DNA of 64,000 bases from Acidobacteriota bacterium (lineage in GTDB: Bacteria > Acidobacteriota > UBA6911 > RPQK01 > JAJDTT01): assembly GCA_965263035.1 (NCBI GenBank), contig OZ253580.1:3392001-3456000 (forward strand), read 5' to 3'. Shown in pieces: positions 36,922 through 46,330 of the stretch. The notes beneath the pieces are model-generated. The model searched no databases, was not told the origin of the DNA, and saw only the letters and a list, made by a program, of their open reading frames with translations. The translations under genes and the position numbers were made by a program. Every line of letters starts with the position of its first letter. The stretch's first letter is position 1.

Positions 36922-38622
36922 ATGTTTCTTCTCGGTATCTGGACACGCACGCTACTGCTCCTGTTCGCCAGCGGCGGAATTTCTCTTCTCGCTGAAGAGG
37001 GTCCCTCTCCCGGCTGGCCGGTATTCACCGATGTTTCGGAAGCTGCCGGGGTCCCGTTTGTCCACCGCTCATCCGCCACGCCGAAGAAGTTCCTGCTGGA
37101 GACCATGGGTTCGGGAGTCGCACTGCTGGATTACGACGGGGACGGGCTCCTGGACATCTACCTGCTGAACGGGGCCAAGCTGACCCCCGGCATGGTCCCG
37201 GGATCGATTCCGGAAAAATCCACGTCCGACTACTGGAACCGGCTCTATGGAAACAACGGCAACGGGAGCTTCCGCGATACCACCGAAGAGGCCGGGGTGG
37301 GCGGCCGCGGCTATGCCATGGGCGTGGCCGTCGGGGACTACGACAACGACGGCCGGCCCGATCTCTACGTCACCAACTTCCCCTCGAACCAGCTCCTTCA
37401 CAACCAGGGCGACGGGACTTTTCGGGACGTGAGCAAGGCGGCCGGCGTCAGCGGCGGCGGCTGGTCCAGCAGCGCCGGATTCTTCGACTACGACGGCGAT
37501 GGAGACTTGGACCTGTTCGTCTGCCGCTATATGCAGTGGGATTTCGACGACATCTTCTGCGGCCGTTCCGATCTCCGCGCCTATTGCGACCCCAAACACT
37601 TCCCCGCCATTTCCAACTTGCTCTATCGGAACGACGGGGACGGAACCTTTACCGACGTGACGCAGAGCAGCGGTGTCGGTGCCCACCCGAGCAAGGGCCT
37701 CGGGGTTGCCTTCAACGATTTCGACCGGGACGGCCGGCCGGACATCGTCGTGGCCAACGACGGGGTGCCGCAATCCCTGTTCCTGAATCAGGGAAACGGC
37801 GCCTTTCGGCAGGAGGCTTTGCTCAAGGGCCTGGCTTTCGATGAAGACGGCAATACCTTCGCCGGGATGGGCGTCGACTTCCAGGACTACGACCAGGATG
37901 GTTGGCCCGACGTGCTCATCACGACGCTTTCGCTGGAAACCTACGCCCTTTTTCGCAATCTCTCGGGCCGGGCCTTCGACTACGTTTCCAAGCGCTCGGG
38001 CGTGGCCGGAGCCACCCGGCTCTATTCGGGCTGGGGAACTTTCTTCTTCGACGCGGACAACGACGGCCGGAAGGACATCTTCGTAGCTCAAGGGCACGTC
38101 ATGGACACCATTGAGTCCACCAACTCGACCCTGAGCTATCTCCAGCCGCCCCTGCTGCTCCGGAACCGGGCCAATGTCTTCGAAGATGTCTCAGCCGAAA
38201 GCGGCCGCCCCTTTGGAAACTCCCATGCCGGCCGGGGATCCGCTTTCGGAGATCTGGACAACGACGGCGATCTGGATCTGATGATCGTCAACATGGACCG
38301 TAGAGTCCAGATTCTCCGGAACGAAACCGCCGGGGCCAATTGGATCAGTTTCCGCCTAAAGGGGAGACGGTCGAATTCCGAAGGGATCGGCGCCGAGATC
38401 CGGATCACACTGGACTCAGGGGATCGCCAATTTGCCCGGGTCTCCCGCGTCTCCAGCTATCTCTCCTCCAACGACGTGCGATGCCACTTCGGCCTGTCGG
38501 GCCATTCGTCCATCCAGGAAGTCAGGATCACCTGGCCCAGTGGAGTCGTGCAGATGCTCCGATCGATCGGCGCAAATCAATTCCTGGAGATCGAGGAACC
38601 AGTGAGTGAGGATCAAGAATGA
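36922..38622 (+). CDS. CRTAC1 family protein (FG-GAP repeats + ASPIC/UnbV domain)
   Basis: ETMGSGVALLDYDGDG, repeated DYDNDG motifs, C-terminal SNSEGIGA...HFGL...ITWPSG. Confidence 0.92.
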   Translation: MFLLGIWTRTLLLLFASGGISLLAEEGPSPGWPVFTDVSEAAGVPFVHRSSATPKKFLLETMGSGVALLDYDGDGLLDIYLLNGAKLTPGMVPGSIPEKSTSDYWNRLYGNNGNGSFRDTTEEAGVGGRGYAMGVAVGDYDNDGRPDLYVTNFPSNQLLHNQGDGTFRDVSKAAGVSGGGWSSSAGFFDYDGDGDLDLFVCRYMQWDFDDIFCGRSDLRAYCDPKHFPAISNLLYRNDGDGTFTDVTQSSGVGAHPSKGLGVAFNDFDRDGRPDIVVANDGVPQSLFLNQGNGAFRQEALLKGLAFDEDGNTFAGMGVDFQDYDQDGWPDVLITTLSLETYALFRNLSGRAFDYVSKRSGVAGATRLYSGWGTFFFDADNDGRKDIFVAQGHVMDTIESTNSTLSYLQPPLLLRNRANVFEDVSAESGRPFGNSHAGRGSAFGDLDNDGDLDLMIVNMDRRVQILRNETAGANWISFRLKGRRSNSEGIGAEIRITLDSGDRQFARVSRVSSYLSSNDVRCHFGLSGHSSIQEVRITWPSGVVQMLRSIGANQFLEIEEPVSEDQE

Positions 38623-38665
38623 CGTGCCGCGGGAAGTCGATACCCAATTCCGCGGGGAGAAGGAC

Positions 38666-39892
38666 ATGATCGACGGTCCGCAAGAGTCCCTGAGGCCGAC
38701 CCGGCTGCGAGAAAGGATCCGCTCGCTGGATCTGCTGCGCGGGTTCGCCCTGCTGGGCATTCTGATCATGAACATTCAGTTTTTCTCGATGGTCGGAGCC
38801 GCCTACTTCAACCCCATGGCATTTGGGGATCTGAGCGGCAGTAATGGCTGGGTCTACATTTTGAGTCATGCATTGGCCGATCAGAAGTTCATGACACTGT
38901 TCACGATGCTCTTTGGCGCCGGCATTGTGTTGATGACCTCACGGGCGGAATCCCGCGGGGCGAGCGCCGCGGTCATTCACTATCGGAGGACGTTCATTCT
39001 GTTGGTGTTCGGGCTCCTGCACGCTTATCTGCTGTGGGCTGGCGACGTGCTGGTCTCCTATGCACTCTGCGCGTTGGTGGTCTTCCCATTTCGCAAACTG
39101 TCTCCCAAAACGCTGTTGACATTGGGCCTGGGGAGTGTGCTGATCGGGTCCATCATTTTTCTGTTCATCGGTCTGTCGTTGGGGTATATCCCGCGCGACG
39201 ACATAGCCGAGATGATGAACAACTGGAAGCCGTCCGCGGAACTGGTGCAAGAGGAAGTGACGGTTTACCGGTCGGGGTGGTTGAAACAGATGGAGAAACG
39301 AGTCGACATGGCACTCGCCATCCAAACCAAAGCGTTTCTGATATGGGGACTCTGGCGAATCGGGGGACTGATGCTGGTTGGGATGGCACTTTTCAAGTGG
39401 GGTGTCCTGACGGCCGCCCGCTCGAGTCGTTTCTACTTCGGTCTGGCCGCCACGGGTCTGACCCTGGGGTGGGCCCTGGCGAGCTACGGACTGGTTCGCA
39501 ATTTTGCCAGGAACTGGTCGCTGGACTGCCAATTCATCGGCAGTCAGTACAACTATTGGGGAAGCATTCTGGTGAGCTTGGGCTACCTCAGCCTGGTGAT
39601 GTTGATTTGCAGATCACAGATAGGGGGACGTCTCTTGCGCGCCATTTCGGCGGTCGGACGCACGGCGTTGAGCAATTATCTGCTGCAGACTATCCTCTGT
39701 ACGACGCTGTTTTACGGACACGGCTTCGGACTCTTCGGGAGCGTGGAGAGAACGGGGCAGGCGGCCATCGTCTTGGCCGTCTGGATCGTTCAACTCATCG
39801 CCTCCTCGTGGTGGATCAAGCGGTTTCGTTACGGGCCTATGGAATGGGTGTGGCGCTCTCTGACCTATTGGCAACTCCAACCCATCCGATAG
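38666..39892 (+). CDS. DUF418 domain membrane protein (YeiB-like)
   Basis: RIRSLDLLRGFALLGILIMN, KFMTLFTMLFGAG, GRTALSNYLLQT, GPMEWVWRSLTY. Confidence 0.92.
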   Translation: MIDGPQESLRPTRLRERIRSLDLLRGFALLGILIMNIQFFSMVGAAYFNPMAFGDLSGSNGWVYILSHALADQKFMTLFTMLFGAGIVLMTSRAESRGASAAVIHYRRTFILLVFGLLHAYLLWAGDVLVSYALCALVVFPFRKLSPKTLLTLGLGSVLIGSIIFLFIGLSLGYIPRDDIAEMMNNWKPSAELVQEEVTVYRSGWLKQMEKRVDMALAIQTKAFLIWGLWRIGGLMLVGMALFKWGVLTAARSSRFYFGLAATGLTLGWALASYGLVRNFARNWSLDCQFIGSQYNYWGSILVSLGYLSLVMLICRSQIGGRLLRAISAVGRTALSNYLLQTILCTTLFYGHGFGLFGSVERTGQAAIVLAVWIVQLIASSWWIKRFRYGPMEWVWRSLTYWQLQPIR

Positions 39893-39922
39893 GGACCGAT
39901 CCGCAGATTGGCGGAATTCCGT

Positions 39923-41554
39923 TCACCGCTTCAGCAGTTCATCCAGCGACAGCTTTTCGAAGACGACGTCCGCCTGGCTTCCCTCATACACGATCCCCAC
40001 GTGCCGGTCGTCGACCCGTGCGATGCTGGGGTAGCCGCGCCCGCGGCCCACGTCCAGCAGAATCTGGTAGTCCTCGGGCCAGGTCATGCCGTCATCGAAG
40101 CTGACCTTGATGGTGTGGTGATGCCGGCCGTCGGTGGCGTTCGGATTGGCGAATAGCAGGATGTGTTTCGACTCACCATCTTCCTGGTAGTCGAAACGGA
40201 AGAGACTGGCGTTGCAGTTCGGTTCAATCAACGCCTTGCGGTCGGTTTCGTGCGGCGTCCAGGTTTGACCCAGATCGCGGGTCAAATAGACGGCCCGGTA
40301 GGGATCCGGCTTGTCATTGCGCATGTTCAGCATGATGGATCCGTCGCCGAGTTCCACCGCCAGGGTTTCATTGCCTCCACTGAAGGACGGATTGCTCACC
40401 GTCCAGGTGGCGCCATGGTCGCGGCTGTAGGTGATATTGCCAAAGGGGTATCCGGTCTCGTCACGCCCCTGAGTCGGCATGATGAGGGTGCCGTCCGAAA
40501 GAGTGATCCCCCGGTTCGGCGCCGGCGCGAAGAGCCACCATTCCGATTTCTTCAGTTTGCGGGTGAGGTTTTCCGGCTCGGTCCAAGTCAGGCCATCGTC
40601 CCGGGAGCGGACCATCAGGAACTGGGCGGTCGTGCCGATTTCGTATCCCGGCTCGGAGCCATCTTCGCGCCATTGGTGTTTGCCCGGTTTGCCCCACATC
40701 CAGACGGCGGTGACGAAGATCTCCCCGGTGTTCTCGTCCACGAGAATGCCGGGGTCGCTGACCCCGTTCTCCTCCTGGGGCAACCCGCCCCATTCCCCCA
40801 TGTCCATGATCGCCCGCTGTGGCTCCCAGGTCCGGCCGCCGTCCGTGCTGCGGGTCAGCCCGATGTCGATGTCTTCCTGCAAGTCTCTCGACTTGCGCCA
40901 CCGCATATCGTAGACGCACAGAAGGGTGCCCTTGGGCGTCGTGGCCAGTGCCGGGATGCGGTAGGTGTGGACCCCGTCGTCCATGTGTTTGCGCAGGGCC
41001 ACGCCGATCCGTTTGCGGACGCCGGGAGTCGTGTCCGTGGGGATCAGCACTCCCGGTGGAATCAGCACTCCTGCGGAGGTTTCGACGGACGTACAGACGG
41101 CATCGGTTCGGTGTCCCAAACCGGCATTTGGCCGCAACCGGACGGAAAGCCAAAAGACATTCTTCCCTGGCGACAATTCCTGATTTCCGGTGAAGACGAC
41201 TTCGTCAGCCGGGCGAGCAGGATCGCCGAATCTGTTCGTGGCCCCGAATTCCTCCTGGTCACCCGAGTAGAACAACTCGAGGGATTCAATGTCGTTCGGA
41301 TCGTCGGTGCCGGTGAGCGTAAAGTGAAATGATTCGGCGGTGTAGCCGGCGCCCTGCGTTTCGATTGATACGCGCAGCAACGGGTTGTGTTCATTTCGGA
41401 TCAGCACCGGATGCACCCGTTGGGAAGCGGTGATTTCCAGGCCGCCGAGGAACATTCCGCTGCATCCAACGAGAGTCAGCAGGAGCAGGATGGAAGCCGC
41501 ATGTCCCATCGCGATCAGACGAGTCGGTTTCGGAAATCCTCTTCCGGTTTTCAT
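39923..41554 (-). CDS. Exo-alpha-sialidase (GH33), probable lipoprotein
   Basis: YRIPAL motif and five Asp-boxes (STDGGRTW, SRDDGLTW, SRDHGATW, TRDLGQTW, SFDDGMTW); LVGC lipobox; RBS GGAGGAG. Confidence 0.9.
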   Translation of the reverse strand: MKTGRGFPKPTRLIAMGHAASILLLLTLVGCSGMFLGGLEITASQRVHPVLIRNEHNPLLRVSIETQGAGYTAESFHFTLTGTDDPNDIESLELFYSGDQEEFGATNRFGDPARPADEVVFTGNQELSPGKNVFWLSVRLRPNAGLGHRTDAVCTSVETSAGVLIPPGVLIPTDTTPGVRKRIGVALRKHMDDGVHTYRIPALATTPKGTLLCVYDMRWRKSRDLQEDIDIGLTRSTDGGRTWEPQRAIMDMGEWGGLPQEENGVSDPGILVDENTGEIFVTAVWMWGKPGKHQWREDGSEPGYEIGTTAQFLMVRSRDDGLTWTEPENLTRKLKKSEWWLFAPAPNRGITLSDGTLIMPTQGRDETGYPFGNITYSRDHGATWTVSNPSFSGGNETLAVELGDGSIMLNMRNDKPDPYRAVYLTRDLGQTWTPHETDRKALIEPNCNASLFRFDYQEDGESKHILLFANPNATDGRHHHTIKVSFDDGMTWPEDYQILLDVGRGRGYPSIARVDDRHVGIVYEGSQADVVFEKLSLDELLKR

Positions 41555-41677
41555 AGGTTCTCCTCCATTGGCCGGGTCGGGCCTGGGTCCGCAGGGAGAC
41601 GATTCTACTCCCATCGCGGCCGCTCCTCCCGAGTCCTGCCCCTGGCTTGGGAACGAGGCCCAACCCGGAAGGCTCGG

Positions 41678-42691
41678 TCAGAGGCGGATCCTGGCCAAGT
41701 AGATGCTGGTCTTGCCCTCATGGGAAGAGTAGTAGCTGATCCAGAGAAGTCCCTGATACCAGACCATCCCCGCGTAGCTCGTGTCGCCACCGCTGGGCAG
41801 CTTGAGCACAGGTTCGTAGCCCGTCAAGGTCAATCTGGCCAGGACGGTGAAGGGCTCCCCCTGGGTCCAGGCTCCGATCACCGGCGTTCCGGGCGGATAC
41901 CCCCGGGACGCGGCCCACAATGATCCGTCCGGTATCCGAATGAAATTGGGACCTCCCAGACGATGTTCCAGCTTGTGAAACGTCCATTCCCGGTAGGGTG
42001 GCGGGCTGCTTCCAACCCAACCCGGCCGGATCAGAGCCACCATCCGGTCGTCCGGCAGGAAACGGACGGTGGTTTCGCTGGGAGCCGTCTTTCGAGCCTC
42101 GGGCGTCAGGCCGGGCAGCTTGAATTCCGTGATCCAGTTCCACTCGATCCCGTCGGTCGTCCAGTAAAGGAACGCACGTCGAGGAGTAGGGGTCTCCCCC
42201 AATTTGGAAACGCCGTAGCCCCGCCCTTTGTGCCAGGTCACGCGCCACACCCAATGGTCCTCCGCCAATACACGGCGGGGCGATGACCAGTCGAATCCGT
42301 TCCCGGACAAGGCCACCCGGGGTGCCCGGGTCAGGTACCGGTCCCCGTCGTAAAGGCTGCCACCGGAGACCAGCCGGAGGCGTCCGTCCGCCATCACCGA
42401 CAATTTGGGATCCCTCAGATCCACACCCTCTTCAGTCAACAAAGCGGCCGATATCCATCCTTCGCCATCCTCGGAAACGAGCACGCGCAACTGGCCGCGC
42501 CGGCCTCCCGCATGCCGCTCTCCCTCCCGGAAGGTGCAGAACCATTTTCCCTGAAAGCGGACCAGATCGGTGAAGGCGTTATGAGGCGCCCGGTCCCAGA
42601 TCTTCCGGACCGATATGATCTCCGGCGAACTGGCGGTCGCTACCGCAGCGCCAACCCAGCAGAAAAGAAGCATGAGGAGAACAGGCGGCAT
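41678..42691 (-). CDS. Secreted sialidase-like/BNR beta-propeller protein
   Basis: Signal peptide; HNAFTDL, FREGERH, SEDGEGW, DLRDPKL, GGDTSYAG, YYSSHEG. Confidence 0.75.
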   Translation of the reverse strand: MPPVLLMLLFCWVGAAVATASSPEIISVRKIWDRAPHNAFTDLVRFQGKWFCTFREGERHAGGRRGQLRVLVSEDGEGWISAALLTEEGVDLRDPKLSVMADGRLRLVSGGSLYDGDRYLTRAPRVALSGNGFDWSSPRRVLAEDHWVWRVTWHKGRGYGVSKLGETPTPRRAFLYWTTDGIEWNWITEFKLPGLTPEARKTAPSETTVRFLPDDRMVALIRPGWVGSSPPPYREWTFHKLEHRLGGPNFIRIPDGSLWAASRGYPPGTPVIGAWTQGEPFTVLARLTLTGYEPVLKLPSGGDTSYAGMVWYQGLLWISYYSSHEGKTSIYLARIRL

Positions 42692-42908
42692 CTCTCGCTC
42701 CGTCTGACAGAAAGAATTTTCTCGGCTCGGAACGTTTCATACTAATCTAGCACTGCAAAATAGCGTCCGCCAGAGCGTCCGCTATGATGCTGCCAACAGC
42801 TTCGAAACAATCACGATTTGGAAGTCATTCACGGTGGATACGTAGTCGGTAGAGAATCACACTAGTATGGAGGGCGGTATGCTGGAGTGGTGGCCGTTGT
42901 TGCTAGCC

Positions 42909-45373
42909 CTGCCCTTTACCCACATATTGCACAGGGCAAATTAGCCTGGGTCTGGTTTCATTCATGTTTCTTCTCGTAAAGCGAAGCCCAGACACATGCC
43001 GTAGAGCGTGACGTAACCCTGCCACAGCAGTTGATGCCCAGGTGGGGGGTCGTGTTTACGAGCCAGATATCCCCCCAGGCGGGCCAGCACGAGCACGGCC
43101 GCCCCCAGGTCTTCCGGCGGTGGGTATCGTCGCGACGCGGCAAACGCCCCCAGGACCCGGATTTCCAGATCGGAAAACAACAATTGCGCCGGCAGGTCCG
43201 GGTCCTCTCGCCCCAGCAGCGTCATCAGCATGATCCGCCAGGCAATGACGGCGTGCATGGCGATGGCCCGTTTCAGACGTTCGGCGGTTTGGTGCTGGAG
43301 CTGTTGTACCCGGCATCCGGTCTTGAGCACCCGGAAATAATCCTCCACCCGCCAGCGCAGCGCATACCATCTCAGCAGTTGCTGCGCCGTCTCGACATCG
43401 GTCACCGGCAGGGTGGTGAGCAGGAACCATTCCAGGCGCTTCCCCTGCGCCGGCGGCGCGACCTCCCGCGCGTGCACCACCGACAGTCTCAGCGAAGGGA
43501 TGCCGGTTGGGTTCCCGCGCGGCGCCGGAATCGTCAGGGTCTCGTAGCGCAGTTCCATCCGAGCCACTCGCGCCGGCCGCCGCGGGCGGGCCGCCTGCTT
43601 GCTGGCCTTGATCCGCGCACTCTGACGCTTCACCTTCAGCAGCATCCGGGCCCGCACCGGCGCCGATCGCAGGCGCCCGAACAGCTTCCGCTTCTGCTCC
43701 TGGTCCGGATCCCCGCTTTTCCCGGCCGCCTTCGCCCGGGTCTTCCGCTTCAGCACCCGATCCTGCTTCGCACGCACCAGCAACTCCACCTCCGGAGACG
43801 CTCGTTGCTCGGCGAACAGTGCGAAAAAATCCGCCTCCCGGTCCACCACGCTGACCACCCGCACCCCGTCGAGGGACCGCGACACCTCGGCGCAGTCCCG
43901 AAGTCCCTCGATCCAGCGATACGTCTTCTTCTTTTTCCGCGTGGCCACCGGTCCCGGCTTCGGCGCGTCCAGCTTCGCCCGCAACACCCCCAGCGGCAGC
44001 CCCGTCTCACTCACCACCAGCGTCGCGTGCAGATGCAGTCCCCGCGCCGTCGCTCCCGTCTGGTTGCGCCCGATCACCCCCAGTCCCTCACACCGACCGT
44101 GCCGCGTGAAGTTCAGATCGCTCCCGTCCTGGATACACAGCACCGTCCGCTGCCCCTGCATCCGCTGTCGGGTCCGCTCCCGGTGCGGGGCCAGGATGTT
44201 GGACACCGTCACCGCCGAGGCTTCCGGCTGGTCGATCAGCCGGTAGTATCCCTTGACCGCCGCAGAATTCCCCCGCGCCACTCCCGTGAACGCCCGCCCC
44301 GGCTCCTGCGTCTGACGGTGCGCACTCTCCACCAGTCGCCGACTCAAGCGCCGGTCTCCCAGCGGCGCCTCACCCAACTCCTGCTGAGCCCAGCCCGCTC
44401 CCTCCAGTCCCTCGCCCTCCGACATCGGTTCCACTCCCCGCCTCGGCGCCGGTCCCACCCCCAACCGCCGCCGCCAATCCCGGCACAACTCATACCCATA
44501 GATCGCCTTGCTCGTCTCCGCACCACGGTGCGCCCGATCTTGCCGGCCTCGACCCTGCGTCTTCCCCAGAACCCTCCAGTTCGTGGCGCGCAAACTGGCC
44601 CCATCGTGGCGAGCCGTCTCCACGAAGGTCTCCACCAGCCAGGGACGGTAGCCGTAGCGCGCCTGGAACTCCGGACCCAGCCGCCGCAACACCTCCCCCA
44701 GCACCCGGGAGGCCAGATTACGACACCTCACTGACGGACGGATCAGAAACCGGCTCAGCCCCACCACCCGGTGCAGGTGCGCCCGGCGTTGTTCCTCATC
44801 CCATCCGATCCAGCGGTCCCGGTCCCGCAACCGCAACGCCGCCGCCCCGAACCCCAAGCCCCCCAGCCAGCCGTGGGCCGAGCCCACCAGATAGCGTAGT
44901 TGAGCACCCACCAACGGCCCCGCGCCCCGTGGATGCTCTCGCGCCATCAACTCGTTCCAGAGCGCTCGTTGCGGACCCGTCTCCACCAGAATCAACTCCA
45001 ACTCCCGCACGCCATCCACCGTCTCGGGCACCCCGACCGGCTCCGGCACCGCACGGCCCAGTCCTCGGGGCCCGCAATGTTTCACCCGCCGTCGCGGCGT
45101 CGGCAGACGAATCCGTCCGCGCGCCTCCAACTCCCGGAGCGCCTTCAGGCAGCCGCTCCGTTGCGCCCGCCCTCGGGCATCGTGAAATCCAAACTCCGAG
45201 CAGACCCGGTCCGCCAGCGCCGTCCGGTGGGCGAACTTCTCCCGCCTCATCACGGCGTGCAAACGATCCAACTCTCGGCCCAAGGTGCGCTTGATCTGGT
45301 TCTGAACTACCATGTCGTAAAGACTACGACAGGCATTCTTGTTTGTCCAGCCCTATTTGTGGGTATAGGGCAG
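42909..45373 (-). mobile_element. IS4-family (IS50/Tn5-like) element with a DUF4338-fused transposase (2465 bp)
   Basis: IRs CTGCCCTTTACCCACA / TGTGGGTATAGGGCAG (15 of 16 match); 8-bp TSD TGCTAGCC at 42901-42908 and 45374-45381. Confidence 0.93.
42962..45313 (-). CDS. DUF4338 (Druantia DruA-type) domain + IS4/Tn5-type DDE transposase fusion
   Basis: N-terminal GAQLRYLV, RDRWIGW, RFLIRP, NLASRVL, LVETFVE, ATNW; from about aa 305 WAQQELG...LGDRRL, IQDG, DREAD, YALRWRVEDYFRVLKTGC, LGGYLARKHDPPPG. Confidence 0.9.
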   Translation of the reverse strand: MVVQNQIKRTLGRELDRLHAVMRREKFAHRTALADRVCSEFGFHDARGRAQRSGCLKALRELEARGRIRLPTPRRRVKHCGPRGLGRAVPEPVGVPETVDGVRELELILVETGPQRALWNELMAREHPRGAGPLVGAQLRYLVGSAHGWLGGLGFGAAALRLRDRDRWIGWDEEQRRAHLHRVVGLSRFLIRPSVRCRNLASRVLGEVLRRLGPEFQARYGYRPWLVETFVETARHDGASLRATNWRVLGKTQGRGRQDRAHRGAETSKAIYGYELCRDWRRRLGVGPAPRRGVEPMSEGEGLEGAGWAQQELGEAPLGDRRLSRRLVESAHRQTQEPGRAFTGVARGNSAAVKGYYRLIDQPEASAVTVSNILAPHRERTRQRMQGQRTVLCIQDGSDLNFTRHGRCEGLGVIGRNQTGATARGLHLHATLVVSETGLPLGVLRAKLDAPKPGPVATRKKKKTYRWIEGLRDCAEVSRSLDGVRVVSVVDREADFFALFAEQRASPEVELLVRAKQDRVLKRKTRAKAAGKSGDPDQEQKRKLFGRLRSAPVRARMLLKVKRQSARIKASKQAARPRRPARVARMELRYETLTIPAPRGNPTGIPSLRLSVVHAREVAPPAQGKRLEWFLLTTLPVTDVETAQQLLRWYALRWRVEDYFRVLKTGCRVQQLQHQTAERLKRAIAMHAVIAWRIMLMTLLGREDPDLPAQLLFSDLEIRVLGAFAASRRYPPPEDLGAAVLVLARLGGYLARKHDPPPGHQLLWQGYVTLYGMCLGFALREET

Positions 45374-45971
45374 TGCTAGCCTGGCCCGCCGTTTTTTTGT
45401 CGGTGACCTTGGCTGTAGTTGGGATCGTGTCCAGAAAACCTGGTTTGATTGTCGTGGCGGCTGTCTTGGCGGCTCCGTTCAGCCTCTATCTCAGCGCTGG
45501 TTGGAATAATGGTATTTGGGTCTCAGTTGTCTTTGCGGCCTTTCCGCTTACATTTGTTGCCGCTGCTTACGCCGTCAAGCGACGTCGGCCATGGATTGCC
45601 TGGTGTCTGTTGGTTCCCTTCGTAGGTGTGGCCCTAAGACTGGCTATCCACGTGATCAGTCAGTGAAATCAATCTCACCTCTCTAACGGCGTCACGACAA
45701 GTAAGAGGTCCGAAGAGAAGGGGACAGTTGTCATTATCACGCCGCTCGATCCTGTTGGGCAAAAGGCTGATCCCAATCCTGCCCTGCCTGGACCGGACAG
45801 GTCACGTGCGAGTAAGAAGTCGGACACTTCACGTACTAACGACACTGGTACACTCGGACAGGAGTTCCCCCAAAAAATCAGGTCAAAACTCCGCAAGTGG
45901 TTGAAAGCACGAGAGTCAGAAGATTCGACAAGTGGAATCGGTCGAATTTTCCATGGATGGGAGAAGCCCTC

Positions 45972-46053
45972 GTGGGGCGACCCATGTGGTCGCCCTCCCC
46001 GGGCCGATCAGTAAGAGGCGACAGCGGGCACCCACAAGAAGGGGTGCCCCTAC
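45972..46053. repeat. Inverted pair of GTAG-class REP-like palindromes (REPIN/BIME-like)
   Basis: GTGG-GGCGACC-CATGT-GGTCGCCC (45972-45995) and GGGCACCC-ACAAGAAG-GGGTGCCC-CTAC (46026-46053). Confidence 0.7.
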
Positions 46054-46131
46054 GTCGCGATCCTCGTTCAACCCTGCTTCCCCTGTTCTACTGAACTCCC
46101 AGAAAAATGGGGAAAGTCCTGACTGGGACTG

Positions 46132-46161
46132 TTGACATTGTCGGACGACATCCCTTAGACT
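46132..46161 (+). promoter_or_regulatory. Sigma70-like promoter upstream of the TonB-dependent receptor
   Basis: TTGACA (46132-46137)-N18-TAGACT (46156-46161). Confidence 0.55.
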
Positions 46162-46330
46162 GCCAAAATCCCAGGGTTGGTCGAACTCTAAATACTCGGC
46201 GTGGTATATGTTTGCTCCCTTCTATTCGACCAATCTCGACGAGTCCGCCACAACAGTAGGGACACGGCGCAGTCGCGCCGGGTGGTTTCCCTCAGCTTCC
46301 TTACTTCCCACCGATTCGGAGGAAAAGATA

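Larger units (their letters stand above)
42879..45666 (+). pseudogene. Small membrane protein interrupted by the IS4-like element
   Basis: ATG 42879 (RBS GGAGGG); 42879-42908 and 45382-45666 join in frame as MLEWWPLLLA|WPAVFLSVTL..., 104 aa. Confidence 0.85.

Noticed and set aside
42747-42786. CTAGCACTGC resembling the IS4 end junction, plus an AGCGTCCGC direct repeat
   Set aside because: The match is too short and does not extend into the IR; cannot be told from chance.
43031-44734. 567-aa plus-strand ORF inside the IS4-like element
   Set aside because: Antisense shadow of the transposase; Pro/Arg/His-rich with no motif.
42962-45313. A Druantia anti-phage system
   Set aside because: Only the DUF4338-type domain is present, inside an IS; no DruE helicase or other dru genes are in the window.
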